64,000 bases of DNA from an uncultured Thermoleophilia bacterium. GTDB taxonomy: Bacteria; Actinomycetota; Thermoleophilia; UBA2241. The notes below the pieces were generated by a model. The model had not been told where the DNA came from. It made no database searches and saw nothing but the letters and a program-made list of their open reading frames with translations. The stretch is taken from positions 105,698 to 169,697 of the forward strand of contig CAWBNR010000007.1 in NCBI GenBank assembly GCA_963790185.1, written 5' to 3'. Of this stretch, positions 53,653 to 64,000 are shown piece after piece. Position numbers and translations under genes: made by a program. Numbering within the stretch: position 1 is the stretch's first letter; each line of letters begins with the position of its first letter.

Positions 53653-54573
53653 TGCTGCCGTCGCGATCGGCGCTGGGCGAGCGCGACGCGGGCCGGCCGC
53701 TTCGCGTACGCCGCAGCCTGCGCGGCCGCGACGCTCGCGCTCGTCGCCGCCCTCGCGGGCTGCGGCGGCGACCCGTCGCCCAGCCCGACGACCTCGCCGT
53801 CCGGGTCCGCGACATCACTCGCGGCCGACGCACCCGCCGATACCTCCGACGCCGCAGCCCCGCCGGGCCCCGCCGTGTACCTGCTCGGCGGTTCGTCCGC
53901 GCGCGAGTGCATCGAGAGCAACGCGGCCTGGGCCGCCGCGATCCGCGCCGCCGGCGGCCCCGACGTGCGCGCCGTCGACCTCGGCGCCACGAACCAGAGC
54001 TTCAGCGGCGATCGCCGCCTGACTCAGGGCATACCGCGCGGCTCGCTCGTGCTGATCGGCGTCAGTCTCGGGCGCTACACCTCGCCGCCGCCGCGCGCGC
54101 TCGGCGACAAGCCGCTCGACGACGAGGCCCGCGCGGCGCTGGCGGGCGAAGTCGAGATCAAGCACCACTACAGCGTGAACCGCGTCCACACTGACGAACG
54201 CAAGGGTCAGATCCTCGACCAGTGGCTCGCCGAGCGCTACGAGCTGTACCGGCGCAACTACGACGCCAATCTGGAGGAGCTCGAGCTCCTGCTGCGCGCC
54301 TGCCGCAAGCGAGGCCTGCGCGTCGCCCTGCTCGAGTTGCCGCTGAACCTCGAGTTCGTGGGCGATGCTCTCGACGCGCCACGCGAGATGTATCGGGAGG
54401 ACTGCCGCAGGCTCGCCGCCAGGAGTGGAGCCCCGTTTCTCAGCTTCGTCGAAGAGGTCGATCTCAAGAACACCGAGTTCTACGACCTCGCGCACCTCGT
54501 CGAGCCGGGACGGGCGAAGTGGCAGGCGCGCCTCGCGGCCGAGGTCGTCGCGCTTCTGCACGATCTGCGCTGA
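53653..54573 (+). CDS. SGNH/DltD-like lipoprotein
   Basis: LAGC lipobox; LLGGSSARE, GVSLGR, LLELP, FYDLAHL (DxxH). Confidence 0.6.
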   Translation, partial: CCRRDRRWASATRAGRFAYAAACAAATLALVAALAGCGGDPSPSPTTSPSGSATSLAADAPADTSDAAAPPGPAVYLLGGSSARECIESNAAWAAAIRAAGGPDVRAVDLGATNQSFSGDRRLTQGIPRGSLVLIGVSLGRYTSPPPRALGDKPLDDEARAALAGEVEIKHHYSVNRVHTDERKGQILDQWLAERYELYRRNYDANLEELELLLRACRKRGLRVALLELPLNLEFVGDALDAPREMYREDCRRLAARSGAPFLSFVEEVDLKNTEFYDLAHLVEPGRAKWQARLAAEVVALLHDLR

Positions 54574-54660
54574 AGGCTCGCGGACTCTGCCGCCGCCGGG
54601 GCATGCAGCCCCTTGGTACACTTCGCGATGTCGCCGTAGGGATGGAGAGGAGACCCGCGC

Positions 54661-55773
54661 ATGAGCAGTCCGTCTGAACCGGCGCTCGCGCCGGACGCGT
54701 CCGCGCTCAGCCCTCCGTTCGGCTCGGAGGGTGCGGTCGGCGTTCGTGACGCCGCGGCCGCCGCGAGCGGCGGAGCCGGTCTCCTGGCGCTCTCGATCGC
54801 GCGCGGCCTCGCCGTCTTCAGCGGCGGCTTCACGCTGCTCTCCCTGCTCGGCGAGTTGCGCACGCCGGGCTTCGACGCGAACGTGTGGTGGATCGACCTG
54901 CGGCCCTTGCCGGAGGCGCTCTCGCAGACGGCGCTCGCGCTGGCATCCCTTCTCCTGCTCGCCTTCGCGGTGCGGCCCGCCGCCGGCGCCGCGCGCCGCG
55001 CGGCGACGGCCATCGCGGTCTTCGCGCTCGCTGCTGCCGCCGTCTACGACTGCGGTCTCTACTACGCCGCCTGGTCCGACGGGTCGATCGAGCCGTGGTC
55101 GCCGGTGCCGCTCTCGCTTCTCATCGCTCTAGCCCTCTCCTTCGTGGGGACGGTCGTGCTGCGCGGCCCTCGCGGCCCCAGCGGGGGGCGCCACGGCGCG
55201 TGGGGCTGGGTCCTGGTCGCCGGCACGGTGATCCTCTGCGGGATCCTCTTCCCACTGGCACAGGTGCTGTTCTTCGGCACCACCGACTACCGCCGGCCGG
55301 CCGACGCCGCCGTCGTCTTCGGCGCGCAGGTCCACGACGACGGGCACATCTCTACCTCGCTGCGCGATCGCGTGACGACGGCGGTCGCGCTCTACGAAGA
55401 GGGGCTGGTCGAGCGCCTCGTCATGAGCGGCGGGCAGGGCACGGCCCCCATCCATGAGGCCGTCGCGATGCGCGACCTTGCCGTGGAGCTCGGCGTGCCG
55501 GAGGAGGCCGTCCTGATCGACCTCGGCGGCGTCGACACCGACGCGACCGTGCGCGGCACAGGTGCGATCTTCCGCCGCGAGGGCATACGGCGCGTGCTCG
55601 CGGTCAGCCACTTCTACCACCTGGCCAGGGTGAAGCTCGCGTACCAGCGTGCCGGCTGGGATGTGCAGACCGTGCCGGCCGTCCAGAGCAACGTGATCCC
55701 CCAGACCCCCAGGCTCGTCGCGCGAGAGGTGCCGGCGTTCTGGGTCTACTACCTGCGCGCGGTGGCGCTGTGA
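54661..55773 (+). CDS. Membrane-anchored YdcF/SanA/ElyC (DUF218) protein
   Basis: N-terminal TM helices; VVFGA, L.DRV..A..LY, MSGG, EA.AM, G.DT, VSHFYHL.R, REVPA. Confidence 0.85.
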   Translation: MSSPSEPALAPDASALSPPFGSEGAVGVRDAAAAASGGAGLLALSIARGLAVFSGGFTLLSLLGELRTPGFDANVWWIDLRPLPEALSQTALALASLLLLAFAVRPAAGAARRAATAIAVFALAAAAVYDCGLYYAAWSDGSIEPWSPVPLSLLIALALSFVGTVVLRGPRGPSGGRHGAWGWVLVAGTVILCGILFPLAQVLFFGTTDYRRPADAAVVFGAQVHDDGHISTSLRDRVTTAVALYEEGLVERLVMSGGQGTAPIHEAVAMRDLAVELGVPEEAVLIDLGGVDTDATVRGTGAIFRREGIRRVLAVSHFYHLARVKLAYQRAGWDVQTVPAVQSNVIPQTPRLVAREVPAFWVYYLRAVAL

Positions 55774-55981
55774 GCCGGCGGCGTCCGGTCGTACCCGAGC
55801 CGCCTCGCCGCACTCCGTCATCCGGATGTGCGACCTCGAGTGTGGGGCGGACCCGTTCGTCCTCGATCTGAGGTCGATGGAACGGCGCGACGGTGGTATC
55901 GTGTCGCTTCGGTACGAGGTGCGACGGGGGACCGCGCGGCCTCGTGAACGATGTCCACGCCACCCGTCGGGAGTCGCCGCA

Positions 55982-56917
55982 GTGTCGAGCCTCAGACCTC
56001 CAGTCGCCGCCGTGCGGCGGCTGATGCCGATCGCCGTGCTCGTCGTGGCCGCGTGCGCGGCCGTGTTGACGGGCGGCTGCGCGGAGCAGGCGGCGACGCA
56101 AGCCGCGGCGACCGATCTCGATCCCTCCGCTGCCGGGATCGCCTACCCGCCGAGCCCGCGCTCCGACTGGTATCACATCCTCGCCGTGCTCGAGGAGCTG
56201 CGCGAGCGCCCGCCGACCCGTCCGCTGGTCGTGCTGCTTGCCGGCTCGTCGGGACGCGAGTCGACCGTGAGCGACGAGAGCTGGGTCGCGGACGTGCGCG
56301 ATCTCGGCGGCCCGGCCGTGGCCGCCTACAACCTGAGCTCACGCAACAAGACGTTCACGCACGACCTCGATCTGGTCCGTCTGCTGCCGCGCACGCGCAC
56401 GCTCGTCTTCATCGGCGTCAACCTTGGCCGCTTTACCGTGTCGCCGGACGTGCTGGCGCGCGGCCCGGCGACCCTGCCCGACGACCTCGAGTTCAGTCAC
56501 AACCAGCATCATTACGCCAGGCGCGTCATCCTGTCGCCGGAGGAGAAGCAACTCGCGATCGACGAGTGGCTGAGCAAGCGCTCGGCCCAGTTCGGCGAGC
56601 GCTGCGCCGCCAACCGCGCCATCCTCGGCGAGGTCGTACGGGTCTGTCTCGCGCGCGGGTACGAGCCCGTCCTGCTCGAGCTCCCCCGCGACAAGGAGGC
56701 GATCGGCGACCGCCTCGACGACCCCATCGCCCTCTACCAGCAGGGGTGTAGCGCGGTCGCCGAGGAGTACGACATCCCCTACGTCGACTTCATCGACGAA
56801 GCGGATCTGACGACCACCGACTTCTACGACCTCGCGCACCTCGTCGAGTCCGGGTACGTCAAGTGGCAGCGCCATCTGGCACAAACGACGGTGGAACTCC
56901 TCGACGACGGCGGCTGA
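55982..56917 (+). CDS. SGNH/DltD-like lipoprotein (paralog of 53653-54573; start uncertain)
   Basis: LTGGC lipobox; LLAGSSGRE, GVNLGR, LLELP, FYDLAHLVE.G..KWQ. Confidence 0.6.
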   Translation: MSSLRPPVAAVRRLMPIAVLVVAACAAVLTGGCAEQAATQAAATDLDPSAAGIAYPPSPRSDWYHILAVLEELRERPPTRPLVVLLAGSSGRESTVSDESWVADVRDLGGPAVAAYNLSSRNKTFTHDLDLVRLLPRTRTLVFIGVNLGRFTVSPDVLARGPATLPDDLEFSHNQHHYARRVILSPEEKQLAIDEWLSKRSAQFGERCAANRAILGEVVRVCLARGYEPVLLELPRDKEAIGDRLDDPIALYQQGCSAVAEEYDIPYVDFIDEADLTTTDFYDLAHLVESGYVKWQRHLAQTTVELLDDGG

Positions 56918-56933
56918 GGTCGCGTCAGGACGG

Positions 56934-57677
56934 TCAGTCCTCGGGATCGGCGGGCAGCGGCGCCACGTCGTCGGCCGGCGGGTCGGCGGCCGACGGGGCG
57001 CCCACACTCGTCCGCCCGGCCTTCTGCTCCGCCTTCTTCTGCCTCGCCTGCGCCTGCGTGCGCCGCTTGGCGATGAAGCCGTCGATGTTGCCCGAGCGCG
57101 ACGACACGATAGTGAGCCCCGTTCTCGCCTTGCGTGCGACCATGTGGTTGCGGTCTTCGGCGAGCACGCGCAGCAGCTTGACGGTGCGCAGGTCCATGGT
57201 GCGCCGCAGGACGTCGATGAGCGCGAGCTTGTGGTCGATGTCCCAGTAGCGCACCTTGCGGACGAGCTCATCGCCGGTCGCCTTGTCGTCGAGCAGAGCC
57301 AGCGCGCGCGCCGACTGGTAGCGGACGGCGGGCGACCCGTCGTCGAGCAGCTCGACGAGGTGGGCGATCGGCCTGTTTGTCACCGCGCAGGGCGCGCGAC
57401 GCCAGGCGCCCGACGCCGCGCGCGGCGACCGCCGACTGGTCCTGCTGGGCCGCGTAGGCTCCCATCCGCTTGCCCATGAACCAGAGAGCGGGGATGCCGA
57501 TCACGACGAGCTGGGCCGCCCAGATACCGTAGAAGAGCGTCGTGTTGGCGCGCACGCCAGTCGAGGAACTGCTCGCGACCGCCGATCACCATCGCGCCGA
57601 CGATCGCGGTGAGCGACCACGTGACGAGGCCGATGAAGAAGAGGACGAGGACGCCGGCGAGCGGGCTTGGACTTCAT
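56934..57677 (-). CDS. Membrane protein with HEAT-like repeat (frameshifted)
   Basis: Two TM segments then LVELLDD.SP.VRYQ.ARALA and L.VLAEDRN..V.R.AR. Confidence 0.6.
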
Positions 57678-57783
57678 GAGGACGGCATGGGCGTGGAGGA
57701 ACCTCCGGGCGTAGTCGCGGCAGCGACCGGACCGGCCGCCGCGGCCGCGGGTCGCAGCGGCCGGTCCGAGTCTCCGTGTCCCA

Positions 57784-58736
57784 TCAGCCCTGGATCTTCC
57801 AGTACTTGACGATCTCGTCGGCGTGAGCTCGACGATGAAGCCGCGCAGCAGGCCCTCGCCGTACTCCGAGCCCGGGTTGATGCACAGCGGTCTCGCCGAT
57901 GAAGGTGAAGCCGCTCGACTCGTGGATGTGGCCGTGCAGGCCCAGCATCGGCTGGTACTTCTCGATCACGTCGCGCACGGACTGCGAGCCGACGTGGATC
58001 ATCTTGACGCCCTCGGCGCCGGACTTGACCTTGAGGTCCTTGTTCAGCTCGGGAGCCAGGTCGATGTCGGTGTCCTTCGGCGGGCAGTGGATGTTCCAGA
58101 TCGAGTTGGGCATGTTCTTGAGCCAGGAGATCTTCTCCTCGAGCATCTCCTTCATGCCCTCTTCGTCGGTCTCGCGCGGCGTGTCCCACGGGGTGGGCGT
58201 GACGTACTCGAGGCTGATGAGCTCGTGGCCGCCGAGGTCGACGACCTTGTCGGTCGGGTAGATGATGTTGCGGTCGGCGTAGTCCTTGATGGCCACGTCC
58301 AGCTCGATGCGGGTCGTCGTTGCCCGGCATGACGATCGACATGACCTTGCGTGGTGTCGATCTTCTCGCACAGCAGGTCGAGCCAGTTGTCGCATGCGCT
58401 TGACGACCTCCCGCTTCATGATCTCGTCGACCTTCTCGGGGTGCTTCTTAAGGTCCTCGAGCTCCTTCTTGTCGATGCGGCAGGAGTAGACGCCGCCGTT
58501 GGCGAGCTTCTGCTCCCAGTCGAGCGATCTCCTCTTCGGTCTTCAGCTTGACCTCGCGGCCGAAGTAGCCGGACTTGTAGTAGCCCTTGCCGAAGTCGAT
58601 GAGCGGGACGAGCGCCTTGCCGGCAAGGTCGCCGCACAGCATGAGGCAGTCGCACTCGTACATGGCTGATGGCGCTGATCCACTTGCGCCAGACGGTCTC
58701 GGCGCCGTGGACGTCGACGGAGTAGAAGATCCTCAT
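57784..58736 (-). CDS. Metallophosphoesterase (Icc-related; frameshifted)
   Basis: DVHG, GDL.GK, MPGNDD, TPWDTPRE, HCPP, HVGS.SVR, LHGHIHES, NPGSEY.EG. Confidence 0.85.
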
Positions 58737-58810
58737 GCACACGCTCCTTCGAGTAGAGAAGGGAAGGGCGCCCCCCTCGCAAGGAGGAGGGGCGCCCGAT
58801 GCCCCTGACA

Positions 58811-60418
58811 TCAGGCCGGCGGGATCTGCGCGAAGATCGTGTTCGGGTCGATGCCTTCCTTGCGGTTGCGATTGTACATCTACGCCACGAGGATGAGGCC
58901 GATGGCGAGCATGATCGCCGTGGCCATCGTGCTCCAGAACGACCATGTACTGGCCGACGACGCCCATCATCCACCAGCCCACGAGGAAGGTGAGGACGCC
59001 GATGATCGATGATCACCGGCACGCCGCCCGACGTGTACTGGAAGGTCGACTTCTCGATACAGGTCGGGCCGCAGGTACGGCAGGAAGATCGCCGCCAGGC
59101 CCATCGGCCAGATGAAGAACAGGGCGCCGAAGTCGAGCAGGGCGAGCGTCTGGACCGCCCACTCCGCGCCGACCGAGTCGCCGTACGCCATGACCACGCC
59201 CACGAAGGCGAAGACGGCGAGGAAGTGGTTGGCGTTGGTCGGGTTGCCGCTGCCGCCGACCTTGGCGAGGGCGAGCGGCAGCTGACGGTCGAACGCCATC
59301 GAGAAGATGCCGCGCACGCCGGCCAGCCAGATCAGGATGCTCGTGTTGACGAACCAGAAGAAGTAGCAGACCGCCATGAAGATGGCGAGCCACGCCGCGC
59401 CGCCGTTGATGCCGGCGTAGAACGGCATCACCGGCTGTGGCGGCGTCTGGCCCATCGCGGTCTCGAGCGCGCCGAACGTCGTGTCATCCGTGTAGAAGAG
59501 GTACGCGTAGTCACGGATGAAGTCGCTGCCGAAGGAGAAGCCCGACGCCCAGGCGTTGAGCGTGTAGATGATGCCCACGGCCACGGCGCCGCCGATGAGG
59601 CCGCGAATGAAGCTGGTGCGCGGGGTCTTGACCTCGGAGCCGACGAACGACGTGACCTCGAGGGCGCTGTAGGCCCAGAGCACCGAGAGCAGCACGCCGG
59701 TCATCGCGTCCCAGGCGCTCATCATCGCGTCCTCGACGCCCGCCGCGCTTGCGGCGGCCGTCACGGCGGCCGCACTGCCGGCGCCGTAGACCTCGTCGAA
59801 CGAGGTCTGGCCGTCGACCACGAACAGCAGGATCAGGGCGATCAAGGTGCCGACGATCGGCGTGTAGATGATCGCCCGCATGACCCACTTCAGCTTGTCG
59901 AGGCCCATGAGCTCGAGGCCCCAGACGATGAAGATGAAGACGATCACCACCCAGAACTTGTTGCCCGCGTCGGCGAACCAGTTCGACCAGTCGGTCATCC
60001 AGGTGCTGCCGGTCATCTCACCGGCCAGCTGGAAGCCCGAGGCGATCGGGATGAACCCCTGGTAGAAGATGAAGCCGGCGGCCAGTCCGCAGCCGCCGCC
60101 GATGACGTAGATCCAGTTCGGGATGAAGCCGAACATGGGGTGCAGCACGCGGCTCGTGACCACGTACAGGGCGCCGGACCGCGGGAACGAGCTCGCGAAC
60201 GCGGCGATGACGAGGACCGGCGGCAGCCAGAGGACGAAGCCGATGATGAAGGCCCACACCATGTTGGCGCCCGGATAGAGGCCCGGCATCTTCACGGCGT
60301 AGTAGGTCATGCCGCCCGCCGCGGGCCCGGCGATCGTGAAGAGGAGCACGTCCCACCAGCTCATCTCCTGCACCAGGCCCGACGCCTTTCGGGCAAATAC
60401 GATGGTTTCTTCTGCCAT
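58811..60418 (-). CDS. APC family amino acid/amine permease (3' frameshifts)
   Basis: FARKASGLV, PRSG.LY...SR, GSEVK.P, FSM.FDR.LP; about 12-14 TM helices; ends IFAQIPPA*. Confidence 0.85.
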
Positions 60419-60626
60419 TCCCCCAAACTCCTCTTCGAGGATGACGGGCACCGGGTCGGCCACGGTGTGCAACGACGCGTGAGCTCAGGCCCGGCGGTGT
60501 TGCCGTTTCGCTACTCCTGGCCCACCTCCTTTCACGAAACGGTCACACTATGTACGCGCTCGGTGCCGAGGTGTCAAGAGCGAAGCGGCGCCTCGGCCGA
60601 GGCCCTCCACCTGCGTACTCTATATG

Positions 60627-60716
60627 CAGGGATGCGCCGTGGAAACAGGGATGCGCCGTGGAAACAGGGCGGACCGGCGTGGCGGCCTTGCGGCCGCCAC
60701 GCCGGTCCGCCCTGTT
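60627..60716 (-). terminator. Intrinsic terminator (25-bp stem, GCAA loop) with adjacent 19-bp tandem duplication
   Basis: AACAGGGCGGACCGGCGTGGCGGCC-ttgc-GGCCGCCACGCCGGTCCGCCCTGTT; CAGGGATGCGCCGTGGAAA x2 at 60627-60664. Confidence 0.72.
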
Positions 60717-60730
60717 CGTCCTTCAGCTGC

Positions 60731-63700
60731 TCAGAGGCTGCAGGCGTTCTGCGCTTGCTCCTCCCAGACCGTCTGGACGGGCTCGCCGCACTTGACGAGC
60801 AGCTTGTCCCACTCGTGGTCGACCCACTCCTGCACGCGGGCGAGGGTCTCCTCGTTGCCGGGCTTGAAGAGGTGGGCGAAGCGGCCCTGGCGCTTGAGCC
60901 ACGGGATCAGCTCCTCCTTGACCTTCGGCCGGTAGGTGAGGCGGTGCTGGCCGTCTTCGACCTCGAAGAGCGGCCAGTAGCAGGTGTTCACGGCCTCACG
61001 GGCGAGATCGATGCTGTCCGCCCCGTCGCTGCGCCAGCCGCGCGGGCAGGGCGAGAGGATGTTGAGGAAGGTCGGGCCGGGTGTCGCCAGCGCCTTCGCC
61101 GCCTTGCGCACGAGGTCCCGCGGGTCGTGCGGCGACGCCTGGGCGACGTACTTGAGCCCGTGGGCGATCATGATGTCGGTCAGGTTCTTGCGGTTCTGCA
61201 GCTTGCCGGCCTGCTCCTTGCCGACGGGGCTCGTCGTCGTCCACGCGCCGACCGGGGTGGCGCCGGAGCGCTGGAAACCGGTGTTCATGTAGGCGCCGTT
61301 GTCGTAGCAGACGTACAGCATCTGGTGGCCGCGCTCCATGGCGCCGGAGAGCGACTGCAGGCCGATGTCGTAGGTGCCGCCGTCGCCGCCGAAGGCGATG
61401 AACTTGACGTCGTCGTCGATCTTGCCCTGCTTCTTGAGCGAGCGGTAGGCGGTCTCGACGCCCGAGAGCGTCGCGGCGGCGTTCTCGAAGGCGGTGTGGA
61501 TGTAGCTGCCGGTCCATGAGGTGTACGGGTAGATCGTCGTCGAGACCTCGAGGCAGCCCGTCGCCGCGCTCACGACGATCGGGTCGTCGGTGCCCATCAG
61601 CACCTGGCGCACGACGATGGGGGCGCCGCAGCCGGCGCACATGCGATGGCCGCCGGCGAGCTGGTTCGAGTGGGTCAGCAGCTCGTGCCACTGGGTGCGC
61701 GCGTCCTCGAAGTGGCTGGTCTCCTTGAGTGCGTCGACCGGGCAGACCTCGACGCACTCCCGGCACATGATGCAGCGCGACTCGTCGACCCGGTACGAGC
61801 GCAGGGCGCGCTCGTTGTAGGTGAGCGCCCCGGTCGGACAGGCGGTGACGCAGCGCCCGCAGGTGATGCAGTCGGCGAGCTGCAGCGCGTCTCCGTAGGG
61901 CGTGTCGACGTTGATCGCGAAGCCGCGGCCCGGTGAAGTCGTAGCAGGCCGGGCCGGCGACGTCGCGGCACACGCGCACGCAGCGTGCCGCAGGCGATGC
62001 AGCGGTCCATGTCGCGCCGGATGAACGGGTGCTCGTGCTGCGGCGCGACCGCTGCGCACGCGGGCGCCGCGGACGCACGAGGTCGTTGGCCGTGATCGTC
62101 GTGCTCGACGCCCAGCTTCTGCAGCTCGCAGTCGCCGTTGCGACGGGCAGACGCACTGCAGGCAGCGCATCGCTTCGGCGCGTGCCGCGGCCAGCGAGTA
62201 GCCCTTCTCGACCTCGTCGAAGCCGGCGGTGCGACGGGCCTTGCCGATCTTCGGCATGGTGGCCCGCTTGGCCGGCTCGGCGGCGATGCCCATCTTGAGC
62301 CAGACGGGGCTGCGCTCGGCGAGGCGCTCGCCCACCTCGCCCAGCCGTGGCCGAGCCTCGAGCTGCTCGAGGTAGGGCATGGCCGGCGTAGACGGCGAGC
62401 TGCTCCTCGAGCGTCGACGAGGTCGAGGCCGCGCAGCCAGGCGTCGATGGCGAGCGCCGCGCGCTTGCCGCGAGGCGACGGCGTGGATCACCGGACGGGC
62501 GCCCGACACGGCGTCGCCGGCGGCGAACACGCCCGGCGTCGGCGTGCGGCCGGTGTAGTAGTTGGCCTCGACCGTGTCCCAGGACGAGAGCGTCACCTCG
62601 TCGGCGCGTGTCGCCGAGGTCGGGTACGGTACGACAGCGCCGAGATGACGGTGGTCGCCGCACGCTCGAAGCGCGAGCCCTTGCATCTCGCGGGTCTTGC
62701 CGCGGTCGCGGCGCACCCGCACGCACTCGACGGCCGCCGGCTCGCCGCCGTCTTGCTCGAGCTTGATCTGCTTGGCCTGCGACGTCGAACTCGACGGTGA
62801 CGCCCTCCTCGAGGGCGTCGGCGAGGTCGCGGGCGCCCGCCTCGATGCTGCTCGCGCCGCGTGCGCGGCGAGCACCGTGACGGACTTGGCGCGCCGAGGC
62901 GGCGCGCGGTGCGGGCCGCGTCGAAGGCGGCCGTCCCGTCGCCGATGACGGCGACCGTGTCGCCGAGTGCGCACCTTCTTGCCCTCGCGCACCTTGCGCA
63001 GCAGCTCGAGCGCCGTCGATCGCGGCCTCGCTGCCCGGCATCTTGGTCGCCGGCGTCCTGCCAGGCGCCCACGCCGACGAGCGACGGCGTCGAAGCCCGC
63101 GTCGAGCAGGCCCTCGAGGGTCACTTCGTAGCCGAGGGCCGTGTCGTCGACGAAGCGGACGCCGGCCTGCCACAGGGGCTCGAGCTCAGCGGTCGAGCAC
63201 CTTCTCGGGCAGGCGGAACTCGGGGATGCTGTAACGCAGCGAGCCGCCCGGCTTCTCGTTGGTGTCGTAGACCGTGACCTCGTGGCCGCACTCGGTGAGG
63301 TACCAGGCGGCGGTGAGACCGGCCGGGCCGGCGCCGATGACGGCGACGCGCCGGCCGCTCGGCATGCCCGGGATCAGGAGCGGCCGCGCGTGGTCGGCCG
63401 CCGCCCGGTGCAGGTCGCAGATGGCGAGCGGCTCGTCGACCTCGCCGCGCCGGCACTCAGGCTCGCAGTAGCGCGGGCAGACGCGGCCGAGGATACCCGG
63501 GAAGGGCAGGTCGCGGTGCACGATGCGCGGCGGCGCCGAAGGCGTCGCCGTCCTCGAGCGCCGCCATGTAGGCCGGGATGTCGATGTGGGTCGGGCAGGC
63601 GTGCGTGCAGGGCGCCTCGCAGTAGCGATCGTGGTCCGACAGGTACATCTTGAGGTAGCTCTCGCGCTTGTCGCGCATGCGACGCGTGTCGGTCTTCACC

Positions 63701-63933
63701 TTCATGCCCTCGCGCACCCACGTGGTGCAGGCGGCCTGGAGCTTGTCCAGGCCCTTGACCTCGACGAGGCAGAGCCGGCAGGCGCCCCAGGCCGCCATGC
63801 CCTCCTGGTGGCAGAGGGCGGGGATGTCGATGCCGTTGCGGCGGGCGACGTCGAGGACCGTCTCGCCCGCCTTCGCGCTCAGTGTCCTGCCGTCGACCGT
63901 GAGGCTGACGGAGGCCTTGGTCCGCGGGCTCAC
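60731..63933 (-). CDS. Fusion: NuoG/HydA-like Fe-S N-terminus + GltD/NfnB-like FAD module + ferredoxin (PorD-like) + 2-oxoacid:ferredoxin oxidoreductase beta (TPP) subunit (frameshifted)
   Basis: IPALCH...GACRLCLVE..ACTT; EAPC..ACP, ILGRVCPRYCE..CRRG, IGAGPAGL, EAMRCLQC.C; RCIAC..CVRVC, CITCGRCVTACP, CIMCRECVEVCP; GHRMCAGCG, TGCLEV, AFENAAA, GGDGGTYDIG, YDNGAYMNTG.Q.S, SPCPRGW. Confidence 0.85.
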
Positions 63934-63945
63934 TGCTGCCTCCCT

Positions 63946-64000
63946 TCAGCCGCCACGGGCACGGCCGGTCTCGACGCGGACCGCGTCGAACCGGCAGACC
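63946..64000 (-). CDS. 3' end of a ferredoxin-motif protein, probably NuoF/HydB-like (truncated by window edge)
   Basis: ...VCRFDAVRVETGRARGG*; CRFDAV is a typical C-terminus of HydB/NuoF-like subunits; SD GGGAGG then GTG of the next gene. Confidence 0.5.
   Translation of the reverse strand, partial: VCRFDAVRVETGRARGG

Noticed and set aside
1-64000. pylT/pylS/pylBCD, tRNA or rRNA genes
   Set aside because: None recognised by eye; a covariance-model search is needed to exclude a divergent tRNA-Pyl.
1-64000. Mobile elements, prophage or defence systems
   Set aside because: No transposase, integrase, phage or restriction/defence motifs seen; the macro domain and RHH genes lack defence or toxin partners.

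Overview
A very GC-rich (~70% by eye) bacterial window from an anaerobe. It is probably an actinomycete of the Thermoleophilia/Coriobacteriia type. This is inferred from a ppm1-like synthase, an apparently leaderless gene, a CtpE-like ATPase and the GC content, and is not proven. Several stretches (about 1-8 kb, 31.5-37.3 kb, 44.4-53.5 kb, 57.3-59.1 kb, 61.9-63.7 kb) carry dense single-base indels typical of an unpolished long read, so genes there were reconstructed across frames. Main result: a TetR-flanked methylamine operon whose dimethylamine (MtbB) and trimethylamine (MttB) methyltransferases each carry an in-frame amber TAG at the known pyrrolysine position. Both sit in the context GGS-TTG-TAG-G and are followed by similar stem-loops, while many neighbouring genes end in TAG. 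This points to pyrrolysine recoding in an unexpected host; no pyl genes or tRNA-Pyl were seen in the window. Other notable systems: an HdrA(L)-MvhD-MetV-MetF-HdrCB cluster, a domain-permuted glutamate-synthase-like giant with an internal Ntn amidotransferase domain coupled to an FAD/Fe-S oxidoreductase, and a NuoG/HydA-GltD-PorD-PorB fusion downstream of a NuoF-like gene. The rest is housekeeping or accessory (sdhAB, nrdR-nrdJ, Asp23 cluster, plsY, nth, transporters).
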